Numbered from the stretch's first letter, positions 8,850 through 16,935 are shown. The stretch: 43,637 bases of DNA from Candidatus Harrisonbacteria bacterium (GCA_016867415.1 VGJO01000002.1:72835-116471), one strand, 5' to 3'. Numbers and translations are program-made. The notes: generated by a model not told the origin, from the sequence alone.

Positions 8850-9075
8850 CTTTCGGAAGCCCGCCGCTCGCCGCCGCAAAGCGGCGGCCTGCCTCGGAGA
8901 AAATTTTACTTCACATTTTTAATTTGCGCGCGTTACAAAAATTTCAATTAAAGGAGAAACAAAAACTTTCTGCTAGGCCCCTTTTGATGATATAAAAAAA
9001 TTCATAAGAAATAATCTTATGGTGATATGCATGTCATTATTCCAAAATATATAGTATATTAAGAATAATAGCTTT

Positions 9076-9573
9076 ATGATCACTCCCCAATTCTTATTAA
9101 TAGGAATTTCTTCTCTAGCAATTTTATTAACTTTAAGCATATTTGTTTTTGTTAAAAAACCTTCTTCATGGCTTTGTTTTATCATTGGGCCGATTATTGT
9201 TTTTTTGGGAATTATGACAACTTTGCTTTTTAATTCTGACATCAGTTTTTTTATGTTATTTGGTGCTATTTTATTATTTATTGTTATTTTGGTAGAAGGG
9301 TTTTGTTTGATGAAAATAATTAATGGAAAGGGCTATATTAAAGCTTTCTTAATTGACATAGCTTATACTCTTTTGACTATCTTTTTTGCTGCTCTAGGAC
9401 TTTATCTACATTTTATAATAAGTCAGCCTAAACCTAAAAGCGTTGACTGGGATCTTCCTTATTTGTTTATTTTCTGGCCCTATATAATTATTTTAACCAT
9501 TGTAATGAATGTTATTTTTCTAATTGTTGGTTTAGCGGTATCTACAAAGAATAACTCTGATGCAAAATATTAA
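9076..9573 (+). CDS. Hypothetical multi-TM membrane protein (cargo 1)
   Basis: About 5 hydrophobic segments; markedly AT-rich DNA. Confidence 0.7.
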   Translation: MITPQFLLIGISSLAILLTLSIFVFVKKPSSWLCFIIGPIIVFLGIMTTLLFNSDISFFMLFGAILLFIVILVEGFCLMKIINGKGYIKAFLIDIAYTLLTIFFAALGLYLHFIISQPKPKSVDWDLPYLFIFWPYIIILTIVMNVIFLIVGLAVSTKNNSDAKY

Positions 9574-9949
9574 AACAAAACCATTTATATTGATTTTAAG
9601 TGGTGTTATATTAGGATTATTTACTTCTTTAAGTGGAATTGGCAATTTTATTCTTTCAGCTATTACGGGTAAGTACACTTACTTATGGACCATACAAAGA
9701 TGGCTCGATATAACAAATGTTATAAAGTTTATATACAGCGACTCTTTGCTAATACCGATATCATCAATAATAGGATTCATTTTATGTATAGCTCTTATTT
9801 TCTTGTTGGTAGAAATTTCGAAACAGTTTAATAAAAAAATATTTATCGCCAGTACTTTGTTAGGGTTTGTAGGTATAATCCTTGGTTTAGGATTAGGCGG
9901 CATTCTTGTTATGATTGGAGGTATTCATGGACTAGTATACAAATCATAA
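9560..9949 (+). CDS. Hypothetical multi-TM membrane protein (cargo 2)
   Basis: Hydrophobic segments, Gly-rich TM hairpin (GIILGLGLGGILVMIGG); overlaps cargo 1. Confidence 0.7.
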   Translation: MQNIKTKPFILILSGVILGLFTSLSGIGNFILSAITGKYTYLWTIQRWLDITNVIKFIYSDSLLIPISSIIGFILCIALIFLLVEISKQFNKKIFIASTLLGFVGIILGLGLGGILVMIGGIHGLVYKS

Positions 9950-10010
9950 ATATTTTAACTATTTTTTCTTAAAATATTCCTTTCCTTTTTAGAAGAATTT
10001 TTTGGTGAGG

Positions 10011-10322
10011 CGCGCGCAATCAAAATGAGAGGTAAATTTTTCTGCGAGGCGGGCCGTCGCTTTGTGGCGGCGGGCGGCGGGCTTCCGAAAGTCAGGAATT
10101 TTTGATAAAGTAAGTTCGAGCGAAGTCGTAAAGATACTCCAAGATTAAACTTTCCGATTTTTGACCGACCATTTGATGGGCCGCCCGCAGGGCGGCCCAA
10201 TGGTTTTCCCCCGACAAATCCTCTCCGCTCGGCGCGCGCAGGCGCGCCTCGCGGTTGACCAAGACGAGGTTCGGAATCCAATGCAATTTTAAATATTTGC
10301 TTGCCCGACAAAAAGAATTTTT
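10011..10322 (-). repeat. Inverted, internally deleted mini-copy of the recombinase gene with attP-like junction and 3' flank
   Basis: 10137-10273 matches 11838-11974 (137 bp, 2 mismatches); 10074-10144 is identical to 8797-8867; three 15-17 nt blocks match LSR 10455-10469, 10822-10838 and 11777-11791. Confidence 0.9.
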
Positions 10323-10413
10323 ACTATAATGACCTTGTAACCAATCCGCAGAGTTGTCTTTTTTGATGGCCGTCTCTGTCAGTTCAAGGCAACTTGGATT
10401 GGTTACAGCAAGG
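10301..10413 (+). promoter_or_regulatory. Putative LSR promoter (TATAAT 10325-10330) followed by a long leader hairpin
   Basis: TGTAACCAATCC (10336-10347) pairs perfectly with GGATTGGTTACA (10396-10407); inner stems AGTTGTCTT/AAGGCAACT and TGATGG/CTGTCA. Confidence 0.55.
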
Positions 10414-10435
10414 ACGGCCTTTAAAGTTTATAACT

Positions 10436-12154
10436 ATGCAAAATTTATCCACGCAAAAATTCTTTTTGTATGCCCGCAAGTCCACCGATGTTGAAGATAA
10501 ACAGGTTTTGAGTATTGAGGCACAGATCACAGAATTGCTTGCCTTCGCCAAGCAAGAAAATCTTTTCGTCGTTGAGGAATTAGTTGAAAAACAGTCAGCC
10601 AAAATTCCGGGTAGACCGATTTTTAACGAAATGATGAAGCGCGTGGAGAATGGTGAAGCGAACGGAATTTTGGCCTGGCATCCCGACAGATTGGCGCGCA
10701 ATTCTGTTGACGATGGCAAGATAATTTACTTTTTGGACTGCGGGCATTTGGCAATGTTGAAATTTCCCACCTTTTGGTTTGAGAATACCAGCCAAGGAAA
10801 ATTTATGCTCAACATTGCCTTCGGGCAAAGCAAATATTATGTGGATTCTCTTTCCGAAAATACGAAACGAGGCTTGAGACAGAAGGTCAGGCGCGGCGAA
10901 TATCCTTCACTCGCTCCGATTGGTTATCTCAATGATCCACGAACAAAAACTGTTGTAGTGGACAAAAAGACCGCGCTCATCGTTCGCCGCGCCTTTGAAC
11001 TCTACGCGGAAGGCAATCAAACGCTCCAAGACATCGGAGAATATTTTGAGCAAAACCGCCTCGTTTCCAAAAGCGGAAAGAGAATCCACATCTCCAGAGC
11101 GACTTTTATCCTCTCTAACCCGTTTTACACCGGCCTATTCCGCTATGCTGACGAAATATACGAAGGCAAGCACGAGCCAATAGTGGCAAAGAAACTTTGG
11201 GACAAAGTGCAGGAAGTGATGAAGCAGAGAGGGCGTCCAAGACATAAAACGCAGATTGAACCAGAAGCATATTGCGGATTGTTGTCGTGTGGCTATTGCG
11301 ATATGCAAGTTACTGGCGAATACAGGGTGAAAACACAAAAGAATGGCACGCAACATTTCTATACTTACTACCACTGCACTAAGAAATCTAAAAGCATCAA
11401 ATGTCCCGAACCCCGTATTCGCCAAGAAGTCTTGGACGAGCAAATATCATCACTTCTGCAAAAAGTTTCTTTGCCACCGGATTGGGCGGAATACTTAAAT
11501 GAAAAACTTGAAAAAGACAAAAATGAATCCGCCCAATCCGTTTCTGCTTTTGTAGCAAAGAATGAAAAACGACTTGTTGAAATATCCCTTAAACTTCAGC
11601 GACTTCTTGATGGCTATTTGGAGCAGGACATAGACCGTGAAGTTTATCGTCAAGAAAAGGCAAAGTTATTGAGTGAGAAAAAGTCGCTGGAGGAGCAAAA
11701 CACCACTTTTCTACAAAAGCAGAAACATTGGCTCGAACCGATGCAAGAATGGATAAAAGTCTCAGGAAATCTGGAGAAAATTGCATTGGATAGCAACCTT
11801 TTTGGCAAAAAGGTTGCCGCCAAAGAAATCTTTGGCTCGAACCTTGTCTTGGCCAACCGCGAGGCGCGCCTGCGCGCGCCGAGCGGAGAGGATTTGTCGG
11901 GGGAAAACCATTGGGCCGCCCTGCGGGCGGCCCATCAAATGGTCGGTCAAAAATCGGAAAGTTTAATCTTGGAGCCGAAGGCGAGAGTCGAACTCGCGAC
12001 CTTTGCTTTACGAAAGCACTGCTCTACCACTGAGCTACTCCGGCATCGCCTCGCTGAAGCTTACAAGCGAAAGCGGGCCTTGCCTCGCCATAATATCGAG
12101 GCAGAAAAAATCTCTTATAAAATAACAAAAATCCCCCTTTCCGGCAAATTATAA
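10436..12154 (+). CDS. Large serine recombinase (resolvase, recombinase and Zn-ribbon domains); last 59 codons are antisense tRNA and flank sequence
   Basis: YARKST catalytic motif, WHPDRLARN, GLRQKVRRGEYPSLAPIGY, LSNPFYTG, GLLSCGYC..YYHC, coiled coil. ATG 10436 preferred over TTG 10394. Confidence 0.93.
   Translation: MQNLSTQKFFLYARKSTDVEDKQVLSIEAQITELLAFAKQENLFVVEELVEKQSAKIPGRPIFNEMMKRVENGEANGILAWHPDRLARNSVDDGKIIYFLDCGHLAMLKFPTFWFENTSQGKFMLNIAFGQSKYYVDSLSENTKRGLRQKVRRGEYPSLAPIGYLNDPRTKTVVVDKKTALIVRRAFELYAEGNQTLQDIGEYFEQNRLVSKSGKRIHISRATFILSNPFYTGLFRYADEIYEGKHEPIVAKKLWDKVQEVMKQRGRPRHKTQIEPEAYCGLLSCGYCDMQVTGEYRVKTQKNGTQHFYTYYHCTKKSKSIKCPEPRIRQEVLDEQISSLLQKVSLPPDWAEYLNEKLEKDKNESAQSVSAFVAKNEKRLVEISLKLQRLLDGYLEQDIDREVYRQEKAKLLSEKKSLEEQNTTFLQKQKHWLEPMQEWIKVSGNLEKIALDSNLFGKKVAAKEIFGSNLVLANREARLRAPSGEDLSGENHWAALRAAHQMVGQKSESLILEPKARVELATFALRKHCSTTELLRHRLAEAYKRKRALPRHNIEAEKISYKITKIPLSGKL
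11970..12044 (-). tRNA. tRNA-Thr(CGT)
   Basis: GCCGGAGTAGCTCAGTGGTAGAGC..TTCGTAA..GTTCGACT..TTCGGCTCCA; 75 nt. Confidence 0.95.
12047..12077. repeat. Short REP-like hairpin directly upstream of tRNA-Thr
   Basis: CGCCTCGCTGAAGCTTACAAGCGAAAGCGGG, an imperfect hairpin with G.A mismatches. Confidence 0.4.
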
Positions 12155-12196
12155 GTATATAAAAACAGCCCAGCTAAAAGGCTAGAAAGAATACTA

Positions 12197-12322
12197 ATTT
12201 CCGAGGATTTTTTTCCAAAGACAAGACATTTCAGAAAAATATGCGAGAGGCATACATAAGGGAAGTATGTCGACCAAATATTTTTCTGAAATAACACAGT
12301 ATTTGGGAAAAAAGACCAAAAA
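12197..12322 (+). repeat. ERIC/RPE-like element, copy 4 (subtype B)
   Basis: TTTTCCAAAGACAAGAC..GAGGCATACATAAGGGAAGTATGTCGAC..TATTTGGGAAAAAAGAC; inner arms TCAGAAAAATAT/ATATTTTTCTGA. Confidence 0.75.
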
Positions 12323-12323
12323 T

Positions 12324-14132
12324 TTATTTCTTCAATAACTCTTTAAATACAGATGGTGGTATCTCCACGCTATTTCCCGCTCCCTCCGCTCTCTCCTTCA
12401 TCTTCGCTTTTCCCTTCTGCTGCTTCTTCCAAAGCTTCATTTTTCTCGTCCGATCGCCTCCATACAAGTACCCCGTCACATCCTTACGCATCGCCGCCAC
12501 GTTTTCCCGAGCAATAATTTTCCCAAAGGCATAGGCCTGCACCGCCTGCACAAACTGCTGCTTCGGAAGCAAATCCTTAAGCCGCTCCACGGTCTGCCGC
12601 CCCTCTCGCTCCACCGCCTCTTTGGGCAACACTCGGGTCAGCCCCGGCACCACGTGCCCCGCCACCATGATCTCAAGCTTAGTGAGCTCGCTCTTCTCAA
12701 ATCCTACCACCTTGTACGTGAGCGACGCATAGCCATTGGTAATGGACTTCAATCTATCATCCAAATCGGAGATGAGGTCCGCAAGCGGCAATCGAGATGA
12801 AAGCAACAGTCTTCCTCCCAAATTTTTTGTATCAAATTCCGCAAACCGAAAAAATTGATTGAGTGACAAGACTCCCCCTACATACGACGCTGGAGTCACA
12901 ATCTCTACCTCGGCAATTGGCTCCCGCGCCTCCAAATAATCCGCTGGAAAATCCTTCGGGCTCTTGATCTGCACCTCCTCACCTTGGAGAGTCTTCACTC
13001 GATATTCCACTGATGGGAAGCTATGAGTAGTCTCCAAACCAAATTCATTTTGCAGCCGCTCCACGATAATCTCAAAGTGCAGCCGACCAAGAAAACCGCA
13101 CTTAAATCCTCGTCCCAAGAGCTCCGAGGTGTCCGGTTCAAAGACCACCGACGAGTCATTCAATCGAAGCTTCAAAAGGGCCGACTTCAAGTCATCATAT
13201 TCCTCCGCCTCCTGAGGATAAAAGGAGACGAAGACCACCGGCTGAGGCTCCGCATAGCCCGAAAGCGCATATTTTCCGTAGTCAACTTCGGTCATATCCT
13301 TAGTCACAACCGTATCTCCGATCTTAATCATTGATGGGTCTTTAATGCCGGTTACGATATAACCAATCTCCCCATTGCTAAGATCTGGCGTCGATTGTAA
13401 AGCGGGATAAAAAGCTCCCACCTCCTTCACTTTATGTTCAAAACCAGTCGCTAAGAAAAGCGCCTCTTGCCCCATCGAAAAACTTCCATCAAACACTCGA
13501 ATAAAAGCAATCACTCCTTTGTGTTCATCATATTTAGAATCAAAGACTAAAGCTCGCCCTCGAGAAATATCATCCACTCTCGGTGCCGGCACTTTCTTTA
13601 CTATTTCTGCAAGCAACTCTTCCACGCCCACACCAGTCTTGCCCGACACTCGTAAAATATTATTCAGATCACAATCTAAGAGTTCTGCGAGCTGCAGCGC
13701 CGCCTCGTCCGCGAGATCTTTATTAAGATCCACCTTCGACACCGCCCCAATGACGGTCAAACCCACGCGTCTTGCCGTCTCATAGTTTGCTAAAGTCTGC
13801 GCTTGGATCCCTTGCGTAGCGTCCACTAGAAGCACCGCCCCCTCCACCGCCGCCAAGGCCCGCGACACCTCATAGGAAAAGTCCGAATGTCCCGGCGTAT
13901 CAATAAGGTTCATCTCATACTCCTGATCCTCATAGGTATAGCTCATCCGCACCGGCGCCATCTTAATCGTGATTCCTCGCTCCCGCTCTGATTCCAAGCT
14001 ATCCAAAATCTGCGCCTTCATGAGCCGCTTCTCAATCGTCCCAGTCGTCTCAAGTAGCCGATCCGCCAAGGTCGACTTCCCATGATCCACGTGGGCAATA
14101 ATCACAAAATTCCGTATATTCTCCCGCTTCAT
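12324..14132 (-). CDS. lepA: Elongation factor 4
   Basis: IAHVDHGKSTLADR, ERERGITIK, DTPGHSDFSYEVSR, GFLGRLH, YGGDRTRKMKL. Confidence 0.97.
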   Translation of the reverse strand: MKRENIRNFVIIAHVDHGKSTLADRLLETTGTIEKRLMKAQILDSLESERERGITIKMAPVRMSYTYEDQEYEMNLIDTPGHSDFSYEVSRALAAVEGAVLLVDATQGIQAQTLANYETARRVGLTVIGAVSKVDLNKDLADEAALQLAELLDCDLNNILRVSGKTGVGVEELLAEIVKKVPAPRVDDISRGRALVFDSKYDEHKGVIAFIRVFDGSFSMGQEALFLATGFEHKVKEVGAFYPALQSTPDLSNGEIGYIVTGIKDPSMIKIGDTVVTKDMTEVDYGKYALSGYAEPQPVVFVSFYPQEAEEYDDLKSALLKLRLNDSSVVFEPDTSELLGRGFKCGFLGRLHFEIIVERLQNEFGLETTHSFPSVEYRVKTLQGEEVQIKSPKDFPADYLEAREPIAEVEIVTPASYVGGVLSLNQFFRFAEFDTKNLGGRLLLSSRLPLADLISDLDDRLKSITNGYASLTYKVVGFEKSELTKLEIMVAGHVVPGLTRVLPKEAVEREGRQTVERLKDLLPKQQFVQAVQAYAFGKIIARENVAAMRKDVTGYLYGGDRTRKMKLWKKQQKGKAKMKERAEGAGNSVEIPPSVFKELLKK

Positions 14133-14373
14133 ACCCTAAAAAGTCCCTATATTCTAAAATATTCAACAAAAATAGGCAAAAAAACATTCCCCACCGCTCA
14201 AGATATCAAAAATATGCAAGAATTATTGAAAATCAACTATCCGAAACCATAGAGCTGTTGGGAAACTGATCTGTTTATCCTGATGAAAGACTGAGAAGAC
14301 AAATCAACCCAACCTTCTCGATCTTCATCGCCACCCCTTGCGGAGTTTTTATTGTTCAAAAAATCCGAAAAGG

Positions 14374-14400
14374 AAAAACCGCCCATACAGGCGGCTTTCT
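14374..14400 (-). terminator. Rho-independent terminator
   Basis: Minus strand AAAGCCGCC-TGTAT-GGGCGGTTTTT followed by T-rich sequence. Confidence 0.7.
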
Positions 14401-14452
14401 CTCTTAATAAAAAAAGGGAATTGGTTTTAGTGAGCGGAAAGGGCAAAAGGAC

Positions 14453-14576
14453 ATAGGATCTTGTCCGTAGGATTTCGTCCTTTTTTATAATAAGACCTCA
14501 ACCTCCTCCCGCAGGAAGAGACACTATTGATCCCAGGTGTTTTGTCTTGAGTCGAAATCGAAGAGCAAGATCCTAC
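14453..14576 (-). ncRNA. Candidate structured ncRNA (6S-like architecture)
   Basis: Closing stem GTAGGATCTTG/CAAGATCCTAT, stem GATTTCG/CGAAATC, A-rich bubble, AAGAC/GTCTT, apical hairpins; TATAGT -10 at 14581-14586; terminator downstream; no ORF. Confidence 0.45.
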
Positions 14577-14611
14577 ATTCACTATACACCTGAAAATAAA
14601 TTTGCTTGTGG

Positions 14612-14647
14612 ATAAAAATATTCCAAATTAATTTGGAATATTTTTAT
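14612..14647. other. Perfect loopless 36-bp palindrome
   Basis: ATAAAAATATTCCAAATT|AATTTGGAATATTTTTAT. Confidence 0.9.
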
Positions 14648-14664
14648 AAGGTAACTAAAAAAAA

Positions 14665-15267
14665 TTAAACACCAAAATTGGCATCATAAAGCACCGTTTC
14701 AGCAAACAGGCGGTAATTATGAAGTTCATTATCAGTAAACCACAGTGCAATCTCCGCCGCCGCCTCTACTGGATCCCCCGAAGCGTGAATCAAGTTTCTC
14801 ACCGATCGGCCATCCGTGTCCGATACCTGATAGGAATCAATCGTGTAATCGCCGCGAATAGTCCCCACGTCCGAAGACAAGGGTTCGGTCGCACCGGTAA
14901 TCTTTCGCACCACACCCACTGCATGCATCCCCTGCCACACCATAGCGACTACCGGACCCGAAGTCATATACTTCTTAAGATGTGAAAGTACCTTATCCGC
15001 AAGCACAATCGGATCCATCGAAGGTGGGGTTGCACCCTTTTTCTCATAAGCTTTAATTGTCTTCTCTCCTACATTTTTCTTCCATTCGGAATTCACTGTA
15101 TAGTGCTTTTCCACCATCTCCGGCGTCGCCAAAGCCATCTTGAGCGCCACAAGCTTCAATCCGCTTCGTTCAAACCTTTTAATAATCTCACCAATTAAAG
15201 TCCGCTGGATCCCATCTGGCTTAATAATCACTAAAGTCTTTTCCTTCTTCACTGCTTCAATATCCAT
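14665..15267 (-). CDS. ndk: Nucleoside diphosphate kinase (long form)
   Basis: TLVIIKPDGIQR, GTIRGDY, RNLIHASGD active-site His. Confidence 0.95.
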   Translation of the reverse strand: MDIEAVKKEKTLVIIKPDGIQRTLIGEIIKRFERSGLKLVALKMALATPEMVEKHYTVNSEWKKNVGEKTIKAYEKKGATPPSMDPIVLADKVLSHLKKYMTSGPVVAMVWQGMHAVGVVRKITGATEPLSSDVGTIRGDYTIDSYQVSDTDGRSVRNLIHASGDPVEAAAEIALWFTDNELHNYRLFAETVLYDANFGV

Positions 15268-15328
15268 ACTAAATATATTTTCTTTATTTTTATTTTATAA
15301 ATTCGTCAATGACAGATTCGTGGCACTA

Positions 15329-15461
15329 GGAAGATTTTCCAAGGATTTTTTTCCAAAGACAAGGCACGAGTGAGCAACACTCGCGAGGCATACATAGTGG
15401 GTATATGTCGAGCGAGGAAGCGGAGCGATCAACGCAATATTTGGGAAAAAAGACTGTAAAA
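15329..15461 (+). repeat. ERIC/RPE-like element, copy 5 (subtype B)
   Basis: TTTTCCAAAGACAAGGCACG..GAGGCATACATAGTGGGTATATGTCGAG..CGATCAACGCAATATTTGGGAAAAAAGAC. Confidence 0.75.
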
Positions 15462-16862
15462 TTAATCATCAATCTTTACCCCCAGCTCTCGCAACTGCTC
15501 AGGCCTCACCTTGCTGGGCGCGGACATCATAATGTCTCTTCCATCCCCCGTCTTTGGAAAAGCAATTACTTCGCGGATATTTGGCTCATTCTCAAGAATC
15601 ATCATCAATCGATCAATTCCTGGCGCCACGCCTCCATGCGGCGGTACGCCATACTGAAATGCAGTGAGAATATGACCAAATTTATCCTGAATCTCTTCTT
15701 TGCTATTCCCCATGACCTCAAACACTCGCGACAAGAGCTTCGGATCATGAATTCGAATCGATCCACCACCAATCTCATAACCATTCAGAACAAAGTCATA
15801 CTGCATCGCGAGAATTTCCCCTGGATCAGTAGCAAACTTTTCATCAAAATCCGCTACACTCTCTACCTTTGGCTGGGTGAAAGGATGATGTACCGCATCC
15901 CACCGCTTCTCTCTCTCCTTCCACTCAAACATCGGAAAGTCCACCACAAACGCAAACGCCAGTTCATCTGGATCATTTTTATCTTTCCGTAAATCCGGCT
16001 TATCCGAGCCATACTTTTCCATCGCCTCTTTGTACGACAAGCGAGGAAATGGGGTTTGCATAATCTTCTTATGCGGATATAGATCTTTTACAATCTTTGT
16101 ATAAAGCTCTTCGAGGAGCTGCATCACCTCCTCTGGGGTAGTAAAACTCATTTCAATATCAAGCTGGGTAAACTCCGGCTGGCGATCACCTCGCGTATCC
16201 TCATCACGAAAACATCGAGCAATCTGAAAATATCGCTCCATCCCGCCTACCATGAGAAGCTGCTTATACTGCTGCGGTGACTGGGGCAACGCGTAAAAAC
16301 TCCCTTTCTCCAGTCGTGATGGCACGAGATAGTCGCGCGCTCCTTCGGGCGTTGATTTAGAAATAATCGGCGTCTCGATCTCGACAAATGATTTATCAGT
16401 GAGATACTGGCGAATAAGCGAAATCACCTTGTGCCGGTTGCGCAGATTTTTCTGCAATCGAGCCCGCCGCAAGTCAAGGTATCGATACTTCAGACGATGC
16501 TCTTCGCCAATCTCTTTCCCATCAGTATCCACAGCAATCGGCAATGTTTCCGCTTCATTGATCACTCGCACCGTCTTGACGCCCACCTCCCACTGCCCAC
16601 TCGCAATATCTTTATTCACAAGCTTTTCTGGTCGTTTATTCACCACACCAGTAATCTCAATCACCCACTCCGGCCGCACTGTGTTCATCGTGGCAAAAGC
16701 CTCCGCCTCTCCAGAAAAAGTCACTGCCTGACATAGACCCGATCGATCTCGAAAATCAATAAAAATTAATTTTCCATGATCCCGTCTCGTATGCACCCAG
16801 CCCAAAAGCCGGATCTCCCGACCCTCATGAGCGCCAATGTCCCCCGCCAAAACCCTCTCCAT
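15462..16862 (-). CDS. aspS: Aspartate--tRNA ligase, short form without GAD insert
   Basis: RRDHGKLIFIDFRD, RLKYRYLDLRR, STPEGARDYLVPSR, ALPQSPQQYKQLLM, FRDED.RGDRQPEFTQLD, PPHGG.APGIDR. Confidence 0.96.
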   Translation of the reverse strand: MERVLAGDIGAHEGREIRLLGWVHTRRDHGKLIFIDFRDRSGLCQAVTFSGEAEAFATMNTVRPEWVIEITGVVNKRPEKLVNKDIASGQWEVGVKTVRVINEAETLPIAVDTDGKEIGEEHRLKYRYLDLRRARLQKNLRNRHKVISLIRQYLTDKSFVEIETPIISKSTPEGARDYLVPSRLEKGSFYALPQSPQQYKQLLMVGGMERYFQIARCFRDEDTRGDRQPEFTQLDIEMSFTTPEEVMQLLEELYTKIVKDLYPHKKIMQTPFPRLSYKEAMEKYGSDKPDLRKDKNDPDELAFAFVVDFPMFEWKEREKRWDAVHHPFTQPKVESVADFDEKFATDPGEILAMQYDFVLNGYEIGGGSIRIHDPKLLSRVFEVMGNSKEEIQDKFGHILTAFQYGVPPHGGVAPGIDRLMMILENEPNIREVIAFPKTGDGRDIMMSAPSKVRPEQLRELGVKIDD

Positions 16863-16895
16863 ACTAATAAAATCTATAATTAATTACTCAAAATA

Positions 16896-16935
16896 TTAGC
16901 AAAAATAAGAGGTTGATACAACTTATTTTTGCTAA
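16896..16935. promoter_or_regulatory. 14-bp perfect inverted repeat with 12-bp spacer between efp and aspS
   Basis: TTAGCAAAAATAAG-N12-CTTATTTTTGCTAA. Confidence 0.6.

Larger units (their letters stand above)
8797..11974 (+). mobile_element. Putative ~3.2 kb integrative element (LSR plus 2 membrane genes) at the tRNA-Thr 3' end
   Basis: Direct core TCTTGGAG at 8797-8804 and 11967-11974; the second core overlaps the tRNA CCA end. The element encodes a serine recombinase and AT-rich cargo. Confidence 0.7.

Noticed and set aside
10394-10435. N-terminal extension of the recombinase from TTG 10394
   Set aside because: It lies within the leader hairpin; ATG 10436 gives the normal distance to the YARKS motif
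11975-12154. Novel C-terminal domain of the recombinase
   Set aside because: It is the antisense translation of tRNA-Thr and its flank
14241-14300. Hammerhead ribozyme (CTGATGA at 14280 with nearby GAAA)
   Set aside because: Stems I and III cannot form with the required geometry
14310-14340. Fluoride riboswitch (minus-strand GGCGATGAAG)
   Set aside because: Lacks the pairing CGCC and the downstream pseudoknot; no crcB-type gene follows
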